Below, piece after piece: positions 29,550 through 46,180 of a stretch of 64,000 nucleotides of DNA. This DNA comes from the human T2T-CHM13v2.0 reference genome, Homo sapiens. A program made the translations under genes and the position numbers. Numbering within the stretch: position 1 is the stretch's first letter; each line of letters begins with the position of its first letter. The notes beneath the pieces are model-generated. The model had not been told where the DNA came from and made no database searches. It was given only the letters and a program-made list of their open reading frames with translations. The DNA lies in the NCBI RefSeq assembly GCF_009914755.1, contig NC_060930.1; one strand, written 5' to 3'.

Positions 29550-29624
29550 TCACTCATTGCTAGCACAGCAGTCTGAAATCGAACTGCAAGGCAGCAGCAA
29601 GGCTAGGGGAGGGGCATCTGCCAT
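29550..29624 (-). pseudogene. L1 ORF0, truncated to 24 aa
   Basis: MADAPPLALLLPCSSISDCCASNE* aligns with the ORF0 N-terminus (MAGAPPPASLPPCSLISDCCASN); premature TGA. Confidence 0.8.
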
Positions 29625-30199
29625 TGCTGAGGCTTGAGTATGTAAACAAAGGGGCCGGGAAGCTCGAACAGGGTGGAGCCCACCGCAGCTCAAGGAGACC
29701 TGCCTGCCTCTGTAGACTCCACCTCTGGGGGCAGGGCATAGCCGAACAAAAGGTGGCAGAAACCTCTGCAGACTTAAATGTCCCTGTGTGACAGCTTTGA
29801 AGAGAGTAGTGGTTCTCCCACCGTGGAGGTTGAGATCTGAGAACGGACAGAATGCCTCCTCAAGTGGGTCCCTGACCTCCAAGTAGCCTAACTAGGAGGC
29901 ACACCCCAGTAGGGGCAGAAGGACACCTCACACAGCCAGGTACCCTTCTGAGATGAAGCTTCCAGAGGAACAATCAGGCAGTCACATTTGCTGTTCAGCA
30001 ATATTCGCTGTTCTGCAGCCTCCGCTGCTGATACCCAGGCAAACAGGGCCTGGAGTGGACCTCCAGCAAACTCCAACAGACCTGCAGCTGAGGGTCCTGA
30101 CTGTTAGAAAGAAAACTAACAAACAGAAAGGACATCCACAACAAAACTCCATCTGTACGTCACCATCATCAAAGACCAAAGGTAGATAAAACCACAAAG

Positions 30200-31213
30200 A
30201 TGGGGAAAAAACAGGGCAGAAAAGCTGAAAATTCTAAAAATCAGAGCATCTCTCCCCCTCCAAAGGAGCGCAGCTCCTCACCAGCAATGGAACAAAGCTG
30301 GACAGAGAATGACTTTGACGAGTTGAGAGAAGAAGGCTTCAGACGATCAAACTTCTCCGAGCTAAACGAGGAAGTTCAAATCCATCGCAAAGAAGCTAAA
30401 AACCTTGAAAAAGGATTAGACGAATGGCTAACTAGAATAACCAGTATAGAGACGTCCTTAAATGACCTGATGGAGCTGAAAACCATGGCACGGGAACTAT
30501 GCGACAAATGCACAAGCTTCAGCAGCCGATTCAACCAACTGGAAGAAAGGGTATCAGTGATTGAAGATCAAATGAATGAAATGAAGCGAGAGGAGTTTAG
30601 AGAAAGAAGAGTATAAAGAAATGAACAAAACCTCCAAGAAATATGGGACTATGTGAAAAGACCAAATCTACATCTGATTGGTGTACCTGAAAGTGACAGG
30701 GAGAATGGAACCAAGTTGGAAAACACTCTGCAGGATATTATCCAGGAGAACTTCCCCAACCTAGCAAGGCAGGCCAACATTCAAATTCAGGAAATACAGA
30801 GAACGCCACAAAGATACTCCTCAAGAAGAGCAACTCCAAGACACATAATTGTCAGATTCACCAAAGTTGAAATGAGGGAAAAAATGTTAAGGGCAGCCAG
30901 AGAGAAAGGTCGGGTTACCCACAAAGGGAAACCAATGAAAGTAACAGCAGATCTCTTGGCAGAAACTCTATAAGCCAGAAGAGAGTGGGGGCCAATATTC
31001 AACATTCTTAAAGAAAAGAATTTTCAACCCAGAATTTCATATCCAACCAACCTAAGCTTCCTAAGTGAAGGAGAAATAAAATCCTTTACAGACAAGCAAA
31101 CACTGAGAGATTCTGACACAACCAGGCCTGCCCTAAAAGAGCTCCTGAAGGAAGCACTAAACGTGGAAAGGAACAACCAGTACCAGCCACTGCAAAAACA
31201 TGCCAATTTGTAA
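30200..31213 (+). pseudogene. L1 ORF1p with two in-frame nonsense codons
   Basis: MGKKQGRK...; TAA at 30614-30616 and 30971-30973; the same frame runs to the natural stop at 31211-31213 (337 codons). Confidence 0.9.
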
Positions 31214-31276
31214 AGACCATAGATGCTAGGATGAAATTGCATCATCTAACTAGCAAAAGAACCAGCTAACATCATA

Positions 31277-35096
<3,820 letters not shown>

Positions 35097-36057
35097 ACAA
35101 TGAGAACACTTGGACACAGGAAGGGGAACATCACATGCCGGGGCCTGTTGTGGGGTGGGGGGAAGGGGGAGGGATGGTATTAGGAGATATACCTAATGTA
35201 AATGATGAGTTAATGGGTGCAGAACACCAACATGGCACATGTATACATATGTAACAAACCTGCAAGTTGTGCACATGTACCCTAGAACTTAAAGTATAAT
35301 AATAAAAAAAAAATTTCCAATTTAAAAAAAGAAACCATTCAGTAGTCAAACACAGTGCATATGCCTAGAATGTTTGAGTGTGAAGATTTTGTACTGTGAA
35401 GAATTTTAGATTGCACTCTTCAAAATGGATCCCACAATCTCAAAATGTACGATATGTGATGAATGTGTATCTTCCAGACAGAATTTTGTCACTTCTGAAT
35501 ACCCCCAGAACTAATTACATGAGGAATACATAAAGTGAATTATTGCAATTTTATAATTAGTCATATTGAGCAAATGTTTGAAGAATTTGGAGAGTTCGAA
35601 CTTAAGTCTCTAATAGTCTTCAATTTGTAGATACATTTCCAGAAGCAGATCTGGATCTCTAGCTGACTAGATAGAGAAACTAGTTGGTTAAATATTGACA
35701 ATACCGTACTCTTTAAGTATTATCAAATCAATATCTGTTTTTTTATTATTTCTTCACATAGTGTAAGTACGTATGCTTTATTTTATGGTTTTTATAACTT
35801 AATTTTCTTGACAATGACATCTATGTCAGTCAGAACACATTTTTATTGAGTGTTAATAAAACTAATTACTCCTTAAGAAACCAATTATTCCCTATCATAT
35901 GGGGCCAGACCATTACCAAATTATCATAAGGGGAAACATAATATAAAGAATAGCAAGAATAGATATTGGACTTATGTAGGCATGGATTTTTGAAATATAA
36001 CGAAAACCTTGCTTATCTAGATACTGAATATTTAGCTTCAATTTAAATATGCTAAAA

Positions 36058-36170
36058 GGCTGGACATGGTGGCTCATCCCTTAATCCCAGCACTTTGAGA
36101 GGCCGAGGCAGGGGGAATTACTTGAGGACCAAAGATCGAAATCAGCCTGGGCAACATAGTGAGACCCTGT

Positions 36171-36201
<31 letters not shown>

Positions 36202-36365
36202 GCTTAGTGTGGTGGCATGCACCTGTAGTGCTAGCTGTTTGGGAGGCTGAGGTAAGAGGATCATTTGAGCCCAGGAGTTTGAGGTTACAGAGATGTATGT
36301 TCACCCCACTGCACTCCAGCCTGGTTGACAGAGCAAGATCCTGTCTCTACAAGAAATAAATAAGT
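36058..36365 (+). mobile_element. AluJ (Jo/Jr-like)
   Basis: cagcctgggcaacatagtgagaccctgtct, (AAAT)n middle, gatcatttgagcccaggagtttgagg. Confidence 0.9.
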
Positions 36366-36483
36366 AAGCCATAAATAGCTCCAGAGCTAATTTATTGGAT
36401 AAAATGATCATAAAAATTCTGACATCATATTATATGCATAATGGGGAAAAACTATTATATATAGAATGATCTACCACTGCATA

Positions 36484-36926
36484 TGTGAGGGTTAATACTG
36501 AGTGTCAACTTGATTGGATTGAAGGATGCAAAGTATTGATCCTGGGTGTGCCTGTGAGGGTGTTGCCAAAGGAGATTAACAGTTGAGTCAGTGGCCTGGG
36601 AAGGGCAGACACACCCTTAATCTGGGTGGGCACAATCTAGACATCTGCCAGTACAAAAGCAGGCAGGAGAACGTGGAGAGATTAGACTGGCGTAGCCTCC
36701 CTGTCTACATCTTTCTCCCATGCTGGACCCTTCCTGCCCCCAAACATCAGACTCCAAGTTCTTCAGTTTTGGAACTTGGACTGGCTCTCCTTGCTCCTTA
36801 GATTGTAGACAGCCTATTGTGGAACCTTGTGATCATGTGAGTTAATACTGAATAATATTAAGTATTATACCCAATAATATTAGTCCCCTATTAGTTCGAT
36901 CCCTCTAGGGAACCCTAACTAATACA
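36484..36926 (+). mobile_element. MLT2A1-like solo LTR (HERV-L)
   Basis: TG...CA ends, 443 bp, gttaatactgagtgtcaacttgattggattgaaggatgcaaagtattgatcctggg; 5-bp TSD gcata/acata. Confidence 0.9.
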
Positions 36927-38630
36927 ACATATATATTATACATGGTATATAGTATATAATATAAAACATATATAAAATGAAACTATTACATAGAATGATT
37001 ATATGCAAGAATAAAGAAAAGCTATTATATACAGAATAAACATGCATAATATGTTCTATTATATGTAAAATGGGGGTAAGCTATTACAGAATAGTGAGGG
37101 GAAACTATTATATATAGAATAATTTTTTATTGAAAATAAAAAAGAAAAAAAACTTCTGCTCTTATCTAATAAGCTTCAGCTAACAGAGTCTTCTTGGAAA
37201 GACAGTTGAAGGGTTGTTTTATACTCACTCATTTACTTAAATCTCTATTAGCATTATATGCTACCTTATAAGAATACTCTGGTAGTTAATTTTAGTTCTA
37301 GTTAAGAAAGTTAAGTTTTCTACTCCTAGTTTAAAAGCATACTTTTATTTTTTAATATTATACCCCCTGCATCAGTTGATGCAGTTCTTTAAATGAATTA
37401 TTCAGAATAGACATTTCACAATTACTATATAGATATCTCAGAATGGAAAACAACAATTAAGAAAATCTGTGAAGAAAAAAATGCTTATTATAAAGTCAAA
37501 GGAAAGCAGTATCCAAAGTATACAGCCAACATGAGTGTTTTATTTTCAATCATTACTAAATTTGGTGTGTGTACATATATACAGAAAATAATTTATTTTC
37601 TAATAGCAAACCACAGTTTTGATTACAACTTGTAATTTGTTATTTGAGAGTTTTTTCCATTATTTTTCACACTGGTAAATTTTTATTGAGATAAATGTAA
37701 ATATGATTTAACTAATGGGAAAGAGAATCATGAAGATCATAAGAAACCATATATGCCATATCATTGTTTGAATGGTTCACAAGTTTTCATAATTCTTCTT
37801 AATCACCCCAGGACAATGAGCATCAATAGCTTCATAATGTAGACTACCTATGCTATGGGGTATGTCTGATGTGTTCCCACAAATCTGATTTCTTTCGAGA
37901 GCAAATTACTATAGTTTAAATTTAATTCAAGAAATACAATCTTAAAATATAAAATGTTTAGGTTTTTACAATAAAATTAAAAATCATAAAATCCATTCAT
38001 AAAGGAGTGATTAGAGGGAGGTTATCCCAATGATAATATAATTGGAAACCACTTTAACAGTCAAGCTGGCCTACTATCCACCTTATGGGAAAGATGTTGT
38101 GAAGATGCATGTCATAGAGTCTGAGGGCAACACTCTCCAAGGAGAAACTGGCAGGCATTTGATTCACTCATTTTGGAACTAAAAATGGCATCGGGAAATA
38201 ACTTACAACATAAATTGTTCTCTTGGTATGGAAAGGCTTTAATTCAAACTGAATTAAAGTTGTAACAATGTAAATGGACAGATAGAAAGCAGTTATTTGG
38301 TTATTATACCACTTCCTATTGATGATGACACTGTCTTACTATGTAAATTCAGAGCACAGATGCAGCATTGTTCTAATAGAGAATTTCCAATATGTTTGCC
38401 ATTTGTCACATGTAGCACATCTGCTATAGTCAGACTATATCAAATTGAAACTCCCCAGTCCATTAGGGAACCGGGTATGTGGAGGTGATTGGTGTATTAT
38501 CATGAGCAGCAGTTGCATTGTATTTCATGGTTTTCAATCACGAAACACGGAAAATGTTCTCAGAATAACTCCTCTCTCTAACTGATTCCCACACAGTTCA
38601 AAACATGAAGAGATTAAAAATCCTGATAGA

Positions 38631-38950
38631 ATGGAGCATAGTTGCTGATCATCCCTGTAATCCCAGCATTCTGGAAGGAAGAGGCAGGCAGATCACTTGA
38701 GCTCAGGAGTACCAGACCAGCCTGGGCAACAGCGTGAAACCCTATCTCTACCAAAAATATAAAAAATTAGCCGGGCATGATGGTGCATGCCTGTAGTCCC
38801 AGCTACTCAAGAGGCTGAGGTGGGAGGATCATTTGAATTCAGAAGTCAGAAGTTGCAGGGGGCTGCGATTGTACCACTGCACTCCAGCCTGATTGACAGA
38901 GTGAGACCCTGAAAAAAATTAAATAAATAAAAATAAAAAAATAAAAAAAA
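38631..38950 (+). mobile_element. AluJb-like
   Basis: gatcacttgagctcaggag...gaggtgggaggatcattt; TSD aaaaatcctgataga (38616-38630) / aaaagtcctgataga (38947-38961). Confidence 0.9.
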
Positions 38951-41496
38951 GTCCTGATAGACACCAATGGATAGGGTTATGCTATGACATTGCCATTTTT
39001 ATAGCTCAAATACTGGGAATTTCATGTAATCCAAATTTAAGATGAATCACACTAAATTTCAAATGTGATTCTCTTTTTAAGAATGAATAACTCAGATATC
39101 ATAGCTGAGAACAGGCAGCAGGAGGAACACCACAGTTCACATTTTGAGGATGACCAGTCTTTGCTCAGAGGTGCAAAGACTTCCCTGCCGGGGGGCTAAC
39201 ACTACCACAGCCCACCACACTCCTTGGCCAGCAGAGGTGGGCAGCAGAGGAGAAGTTTGTAGAGCAAAATCACATTTTAAGTAAATGCAGTGTTTTTGAG
39301 AAGAGAGTATTCATTCCCCTTACATTCCTCTGAAGAAGGAAAAAATGGTACATCTCCTCTATGTATGTGTCAGGTATGGAGTCCAAAAGAAAATGAAATT
39401 GCTCATAAAATTAGGGAGTAAATATAGCAAGAGTTATTGATCTTAGGTGCTTGATTGGATATCTCTGGGTTGCCAAACTTGCTAACTGAGGGCCGCTGAC
39501 AGAGCAAGAGAGCCTTGAGAAGAGATGATAAGAGGTGGAGAGGTGTGGCAAAAAGAGTTTCAGGGCCACTCCCTCAATATTTCAGTTTCCAAGTGACATA
39601 GAATAGAGATACTATTTGTGCCCATTCTATGCAAACTTTAGGATCATGGAAAGTGGGTAAGATTGGGGGCTAGTCTTGCTTGGAATTGTAGCAAAAAAAA
39701 GAGGCCACCAGGAATGATGCCTCAGCTGAGTTTCAGTCAATAAATGTAGTCATAGGACCATCAGTAGTACATCAAGTGTACATCAAATGTAGTCCTTGTC
39801 AAGACGTATGTTTTAGTAAAAACAAAAGGAAACAAAATACTCAAATAGACAATGATTTTGAGTGATGCTAACACAAGGAAAGGGATGTGTCCAAAAACAG
39901 GTGAAGTGCTGCTGCATAGACAAGCTGTTGAGGGCACAAGTCAGGTGAGAATCAAATATTACGGTGATGATTTTAAAGCAACAAGACTACGTATTTGAAA
40001 TGGAACTATACTGTTCTAAAAAACAACCAAAAAGCAAAAAGTTAGGGAGTGAGACTGATTTATTTATTAATAATGAAGACTGCTACCCAGAGTGAGATGG
40101 TGTGGCCACATGCAGTTATCGGAAATTATTGGGAAAAACAAAATTGCTCCAAATTAATATCTTAACAATTTGAAGCTCTTTTCTAAAGCACTTGCTATTA
40201 TTTTGGAGCATAATTACATTCTGATACTACAGGTATATATAGGAACATTCATTATTTATTATTCATTTCATGTGTAGTTCTCTGAATTACCATAGAATTG
40301 TTTCTCAGGAGATTTATGCTGGACATATGAAAACATCCATGATGCTTTTACATCAAAATATGTCATTGAGTCAGTCCCTGTGACAACAAACATTAACTGA
40401 GTACTTACTGTGAGCTAAAGTTTCCAACAGGAAAAACCATATATTCCCTGAAATTAATAAGCTCAAAGTCTACTAGGAAGGACCAATGATCGTTCAAACA
40501 GTGAATTTTAACAATTAAAGTTTTATAATATAACTTTTATTTCTTTACTGATTAAATACATTTTTGTTTTCATCCAATTAGAATGACACAAAAGACTGCA
40601 TTGTTATTTAAATTGTTTATGCATGCATGCTAATCATAACACATATTTCAGAAGAGAAATGATATTCCATTTAATTATTTTAGAAGACCAATGCTTTGCA
40701 CACATATAGCAAATTTTGATTTAATATCTCACTGCAAATAGTTTCTAAATGAAATTACAGGAATCATTAGGCACAGAACCCATGATCGACATCTTCATAA
40801 TTATTTACTCTCAATTCTATTTGGGCTACTTTTCCTGTTTATTTCACTGCAAATAGTTCGTAAAGGATTAATGACAATGCAAAGTTTTTGAGTAACAATT
40901 TGTGATATTCATTTATGAGGTGTATGCACTTATTTAATTAGGCCTAATAATTTCCCAGAATATATTATACTATCTACATACAGGATGATTTGTATAAGTA
41001 TCCCTAAGTTTCCAAAGGCTTTTAAAAGCACATACATTTGGTTAATAATTTTCCTGTTACCTAGTTCAGTTAATTCATTAATATATACCTAGCCAACACA
41101 GCCAGAGATTGTAGAGTTTATTTTTGCTGTCCTGTATCCTATAACTTTAACCAGCCAACATATATTCTATCAATACTTTGAAGCCTTTCAAATTCTTCCT
41201 TTCCTATTTCCTTCAATTCCTATTTCTTTTGTTATTGTCTATTGCAAAAGCTTCTTCCAACCTCTGGTTTTTACTTGTTAAACATCACCCCTCATAAATT
41301 CAAGATGCCAACTCTCTGCATGAAAAGTGCATAAAATAAATTCGATAGTTTTATGTTGCGTATAAGTCTGTACTCTTGATAGTGATATTCTGGGATCTTC
41401 CTGGGCATTGATAGTTTCATTCCCAATTTTTTACAATTCTCTTTACCTTGTAATCTCTTTACCTTACTTAGTCCTCAAAGTTGCCATGAATGAGGT

Positions 41497-41800
41497 TGTA
41501 TTGGCAAGGATTGGATAGAATATATTGTGGTAACCAGCAACCTATTAATCTCAGTGGCATAAAACTATAAAGATTTATTTCATAATTATCAAAACTTCTC
41601 TAAGGATTCTGTTTTATGTTCTCCTTAGTCAGTGACACAGGCAAACGGTACCTCAAGAAAACGTCTGGAAAAAGTGAACATGGAACATTCTATTCTGGCT
41701 CTTGCATGCTTCCATTCAGATATGGTACATGTTCTGCTCAATTTTTTTTTTTTTTGGCAAAGCAAGGCATATGCAAAGTCACATGACTCTGCTTAGTCTA
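41497..41800 (-). mobile_element. MLT1K/L-like LTR
   Basis: ggtaaccagcaacctattaatctcagtggcataaaac...ctggctcttgcatgcttcc...ttggcaaagcaag...aagtcacatgac. Confidence 0.65.
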
Positions 41801-41979
41801 GTGTTCCCCACCCTTCTGTCCCAATTTTACCCTTTTTTTGTATAGTAAAATCCTTTTTATCCTACCTGGCTGAGCCTCATTTACATTCCTAATATTGTGT
41901 TACTGTGCTACATGAGCATTTGTCTCACTATATTGTGATAATAATATCAATAAGGGTAACAACAGTAATAACACCAAAA

Positions 41980-42220
41980 CCACAGCTTTTTCTATTACCT
42001 TCTATGTATCAAGCTGTGCTAGGTACTTTATAAATATTATCTTATTCAAGCCAGAAAACAATCTTGCTATATAGGTAATACATCCTTTTAGTGGAGAAGC
42101 AAGCATTGTGTTATGGAGGCTAAGAGACATGACTGTGTCTACACAGCTGGTAAATGGACTGTTTAAGACTTGAATCCTAGTCTCTCTGGCTACAAAGACT
42201 TGTTGCTGTTCAATATTCTA
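41980..42220 (-). mobile_element. MIR
   Basis: ctgtgctaggtactttataaatattatcttatt...acacagctggtaaatgg...gacttgaatcctagtctctctggctacaaag. Confidence 0.7.
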
Positions 42221-42252
42221 CAATCTCTAAGTTGCATAATTGCAGTCTAAAT

Positions 42253-42637
42253 TGTTAAATTAAATTTGGCCAGAGGCTGTCTCTTTGGGTCCCTGCTTAA
42301 CAAACTGCAACTTAGTATACAAACAAACCAAAATCTAATTTAAGAGCTTTTTTTCCCTCCATAACATATAGCCAGGTCTCAAGCAATCACAAACTGCCTA
42401 GTTTCAGCCAATCATAAGCTGCAACTATTAATAGACCATGTTCAAATAAGGTAAATGCCTAGCTATAATCAATCAAGCTAGTTCTCTACTTTTCTCTTCT
42501 GTCTACAAACACTCACTGCCCACATTGCAGAGAGGAGCTCTTTGAATCTCTTCTGGTACTGAGTGCTGCCCAATTCATGAATCATTCTTTGTGTACATAA
42601 ACTCTGCTAAATTTATTTTGTCTAGACTGTTTTAACA
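42253..42637 (+). mobile_element. MER57-family solo LTR (ERV1)
   Basis: tgttaaattaaatttggcc...cagccaatca...gaccatgttcaaataagg...aaactctgctaaattt...ttttaaca with TG/CA ends. Confidence 0.8.
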
Positions 42638-44579
42638 GAGTTAAGTTCACAGCTATCTTTATATTCCTTCCACATATGAAGCTCTCAGTAAATAATTGGC
42701 AAGTTATTTATTATTGTTAGTGTATTATCTAATGACTCCATAGTCCTCTGTTTTTCCTGGAGGGATTGGTAATTTTAGTGCTATGTTTTTCTTCCTCTAT
42801 GTTTAGACAGTCCTTTAAACAAATTACTTGGTTCACCTATGGAGAAAGACTCTAGGAAGAACAAATTTATATTAACTTCAGAAATCCTGTTAGGTTTTGC
42901 TTGCCATTAAACCATTGGAAGAACAAGTAAAGCCACTGAATCTGGATTTCACTTGGACCATTCTGAATATGCAAAGAAGCAATGGTAATTCAAAATGGAT
43001 GCTGAAACCTCCATGGAGAGCCATTTTAGAGTTGAATGCATGGTATAATTCTGCCTCTATGAGGCATGTTGACTGCAATGTTTGAAATATATCAAGTTTC
43101 ACTATATTTTAGCAGCCCATTTACATGTTATGAACTCTGACTACATTAATTATAGCTGCCACTTTCCATAAATAAATATAAGTAGCAAATAAAACTAGTA
43201 TTCAATATTGTTTTGTACTTCTCCAGGCATAGTCTGTCAGTAAATGGGTTAGAGTCTTTGATTGTCATTTTACACAGAGCTCGGTTAGTACCAATATAAT
43301 TGGTATGAAAGAAATGAAATTACATCATAATTTAAGAAGCAATACAGCTACTATATGCTTGCATCATAATATAACTGTTGGTTTTGTTTGCAGATTACAC
43401 ATGCTCCAGGCATTTTTTAGAGTCATTTCAATTTATTTAGAGAAACTTCTACATGCAACCCATTGTAAAGGTACTCACTAAAACATTTAAAGAAAAATAA
43501 TTGCTTAATTACAAAATATAACAATGTTTATTCTTACAGCTAATAATCAGAAAAAGCAAAGTTCCTTAAGGTTTTACAATGAAATTACAGATGGACAAAC
43601 AAAAAATTCTCAATGTCAAATCTAACCCAACTGACCAAAACAGAAAATATTTTTCCCCCTGTGGTGGTCATTGTATAACAGAAATCAATTTTTAAATTAT
43701 AGTAATTCAAAATATCATGAGAATGCTCTTTGGATCTTTTCTCTTTATGATGTCAGGCTTCATGTAGAAAGTGTCAGACCGAGATTGAATATGAAGACTG
43801 AAATAAAATTAAAATAAGTGGAATTAAGTGTTGATAATCAATGACAAAGAATAATTCTGTGGGTTAATATTTAAATAACCAGATTGTCCTTGTTCCTTGA
43901 ATCTTTATAGTTACTATACCTTTGAAAGCATCATAACAAATTTTGTGGCATAAAAGGAGAGTAAGATTTTTCTGGTAAATTGGTCAATTTTAAATTGTTT
44001 AAGATTGTTATTTTCAAAAATTCAGAATCCATAGCCATAGACTTAAAATGCATTAAGCAGAGTTTATTAAATATTCAATAATTTGGAAGAAAGTTAGTGC
44101 CTTATTACTTCACATTTAGCTCTGTAGGAGTCATTTATCATGGGCTCAGAGTTAAACATAGACTGTCTTCTAGTGTGATTGCAGAGGCATACCTCCTAGG
44201 CTAAACTTAACTACTCAAAAATGTTTGAAATGACTTTACCAGGGGACAAAATCTTTAAGTGCACTAATACTGATAAGGCTTAAAATTTAAATATTCATGG
44301 CTGAGAATATATTAGATAAGATTTGTAATAAGATGATGATGTCTCTTAGCTTTTTTCCCAAGAGTAGGTTTCTATAGTTAAAGAGTGCAGCAGTGGATTC
44401 AAGAGTGATGCCAGAAGCACCATGGACCCTCTTCAACCCTGTTGTGATATGTTTTACACTAACCCTGGGTGGCGGCTGGTTAATGAAAAGATGAAGCCCT
44501 GTGTAACATAACACTACGGAAGCAGAAAGGAATATGGACATTGAAATCTGAAAGCAAACATGCACATAAAAATGTATCT

Positions 44580-45580
44580 ACTTCCTTGGCTTCAATTATC
44601 ACCTCTATTTTGGTCACTCCCAAATTAGAGTGACCTTCCAGATAATCAGTTATAACTAATCATCTCTTACCACTATTCTACTTCTACTGGACATATGTAC
44701 CATCATCTCAAACTCAGTAGACTTTAAGGGGCATTTTGGTCCTAAAATTATTATGAAAAACACAATACATTTCCAACCCTTGGAAAACCACCTTACACCC
44801 AAGAGAATAAAATCCACCCCTTTCATTTAAATTCAGAATTCTCTCCACTAAGCTGTGAACCTTGACAATACAATTTTGCCCCCACCCATGCCTCAGTCAC
44901 TCATAAGTATGGATACAAAGTCTTGCATTTCTTTCTTTAAAATTTTATATTTCATTCTCATTCTCCATATTTACTTCCATCATGTTATCCTAGTCTTTAT
45001 CACCTCACTTCCAAATCAGCTGGCAGCCTCCTGTTTATCCTTATCTTAAGTATCCTGAGGTCATGTGTCATTAAACTTGTAACTTAGGCAAACTGTCTTA
45101 AAACATTCTTTTTATCAGATTGGCAACCTGCTCAAGAATGTGTAATGGCATTATATTTTCCATTTTCTCACATAAATGTTATTTATTTATTATTTATCAA
45201 TATATAGATTACATTCTTACTATGTGCTGTAATGCACTATAAATGTAGTTTATTTGTGTATATATAATTCAATTTATTTGACTGTAAAGATAACTTTTGC
45301 TCACCCAGTTATCTATCAAAATCTCCCAATTCTTACAAGTCCAGTTTATGCCTTTCTTCTCCCATGATATTCTAGCCCATTTAGGTTTTCCTTTTGTAGT
45401 TCTACTCTATTTGTGGCCAGTACTACCCACTGTAAGCTAGTTTTTTCTCTAATGGCTTCCCAATGCCATAGCTTCCTTTTGTTTTTCCTAAATACAACAG
45501 TGATGTCTATATCATTTTTGTGTAACTTTCAGTACATAGTCAATAATGGCTATGTATCAGGTGCGCATATTCATTATCTT
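44580..45580 (+). mobile_element. L2 fragments
   Basis: cttccttggcttc..., catcatctcaaactcag, ctgctcaagaatgtgtaatggc and a 3'-end-like segment near 45500; very decayed. Confidence 0.5.
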
Positions 45581-45900
45581 ATATATTGATTTCCATTGGG
45601 TAAGTTCCATTGGCTAAGTTATTGGTCTAGATTGAAGTAAATTGTTAAGTGGCTTAATATATTATTTTTATTTATATATCGGTGTTCAATTCAAACAGGT
45701 TGACAGGTCTTGTCATTTATGTATAATTTATATGTTTACTTCCCCTCCTCTTCTCCCCAAAACAGTGAGTTTTACCAGAAGACCACTAAATTTTATTTCA
45801 TTCCTAAGATTTTATTATTCTGAAACCAGATGACTCACATGAGAAAGCAAAACAGCTTGTATAATGTGATCCATAGAGGAAAATTTCTAAGGCAGGTTGC

Positions 45901-45904
<4 letters not shown>

Positions 45905-45949
<45 letters not shown>

Positions 45950-46180
45950 TATATATGTTTGTCAAACATATATATATTGTCAAATGTATATTTATGTATA
46001 TATACAAAAACATATATGTGTGTATGTATACAAACATATATGTTTGTCAAATGTGTATATGTGTGTATATATATACACACACAAATTTTATATATATATA
46101 TGCACCCAGTTGTATATATAAGTATATGCAATATACATTATATATATGCATTATATATGTAGATGAATATATGTATACAT
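45905..46180. repeat. (AT)17(AC)5 plus compound TA/TG-rich tract
   Basis: Pure (AT)17 at 45905-45938 followed by ~240 bp of alternating purine-pyrimidine sequence. Confidence 0.95.

Noticed and set aside
39224-39246. CTCF-like tggccagcagaggtgggcagc
   Set aside because: The core GGC after CCAGCAGAG is replaced by GTG; too weak without ChIP data.
42890-43102. Overlapping 62/70-aa ORFs with a possible exon ending atg|gtaatt
   Set aside because: Non-ATG starts, weak acceptor, no recognisable protein.
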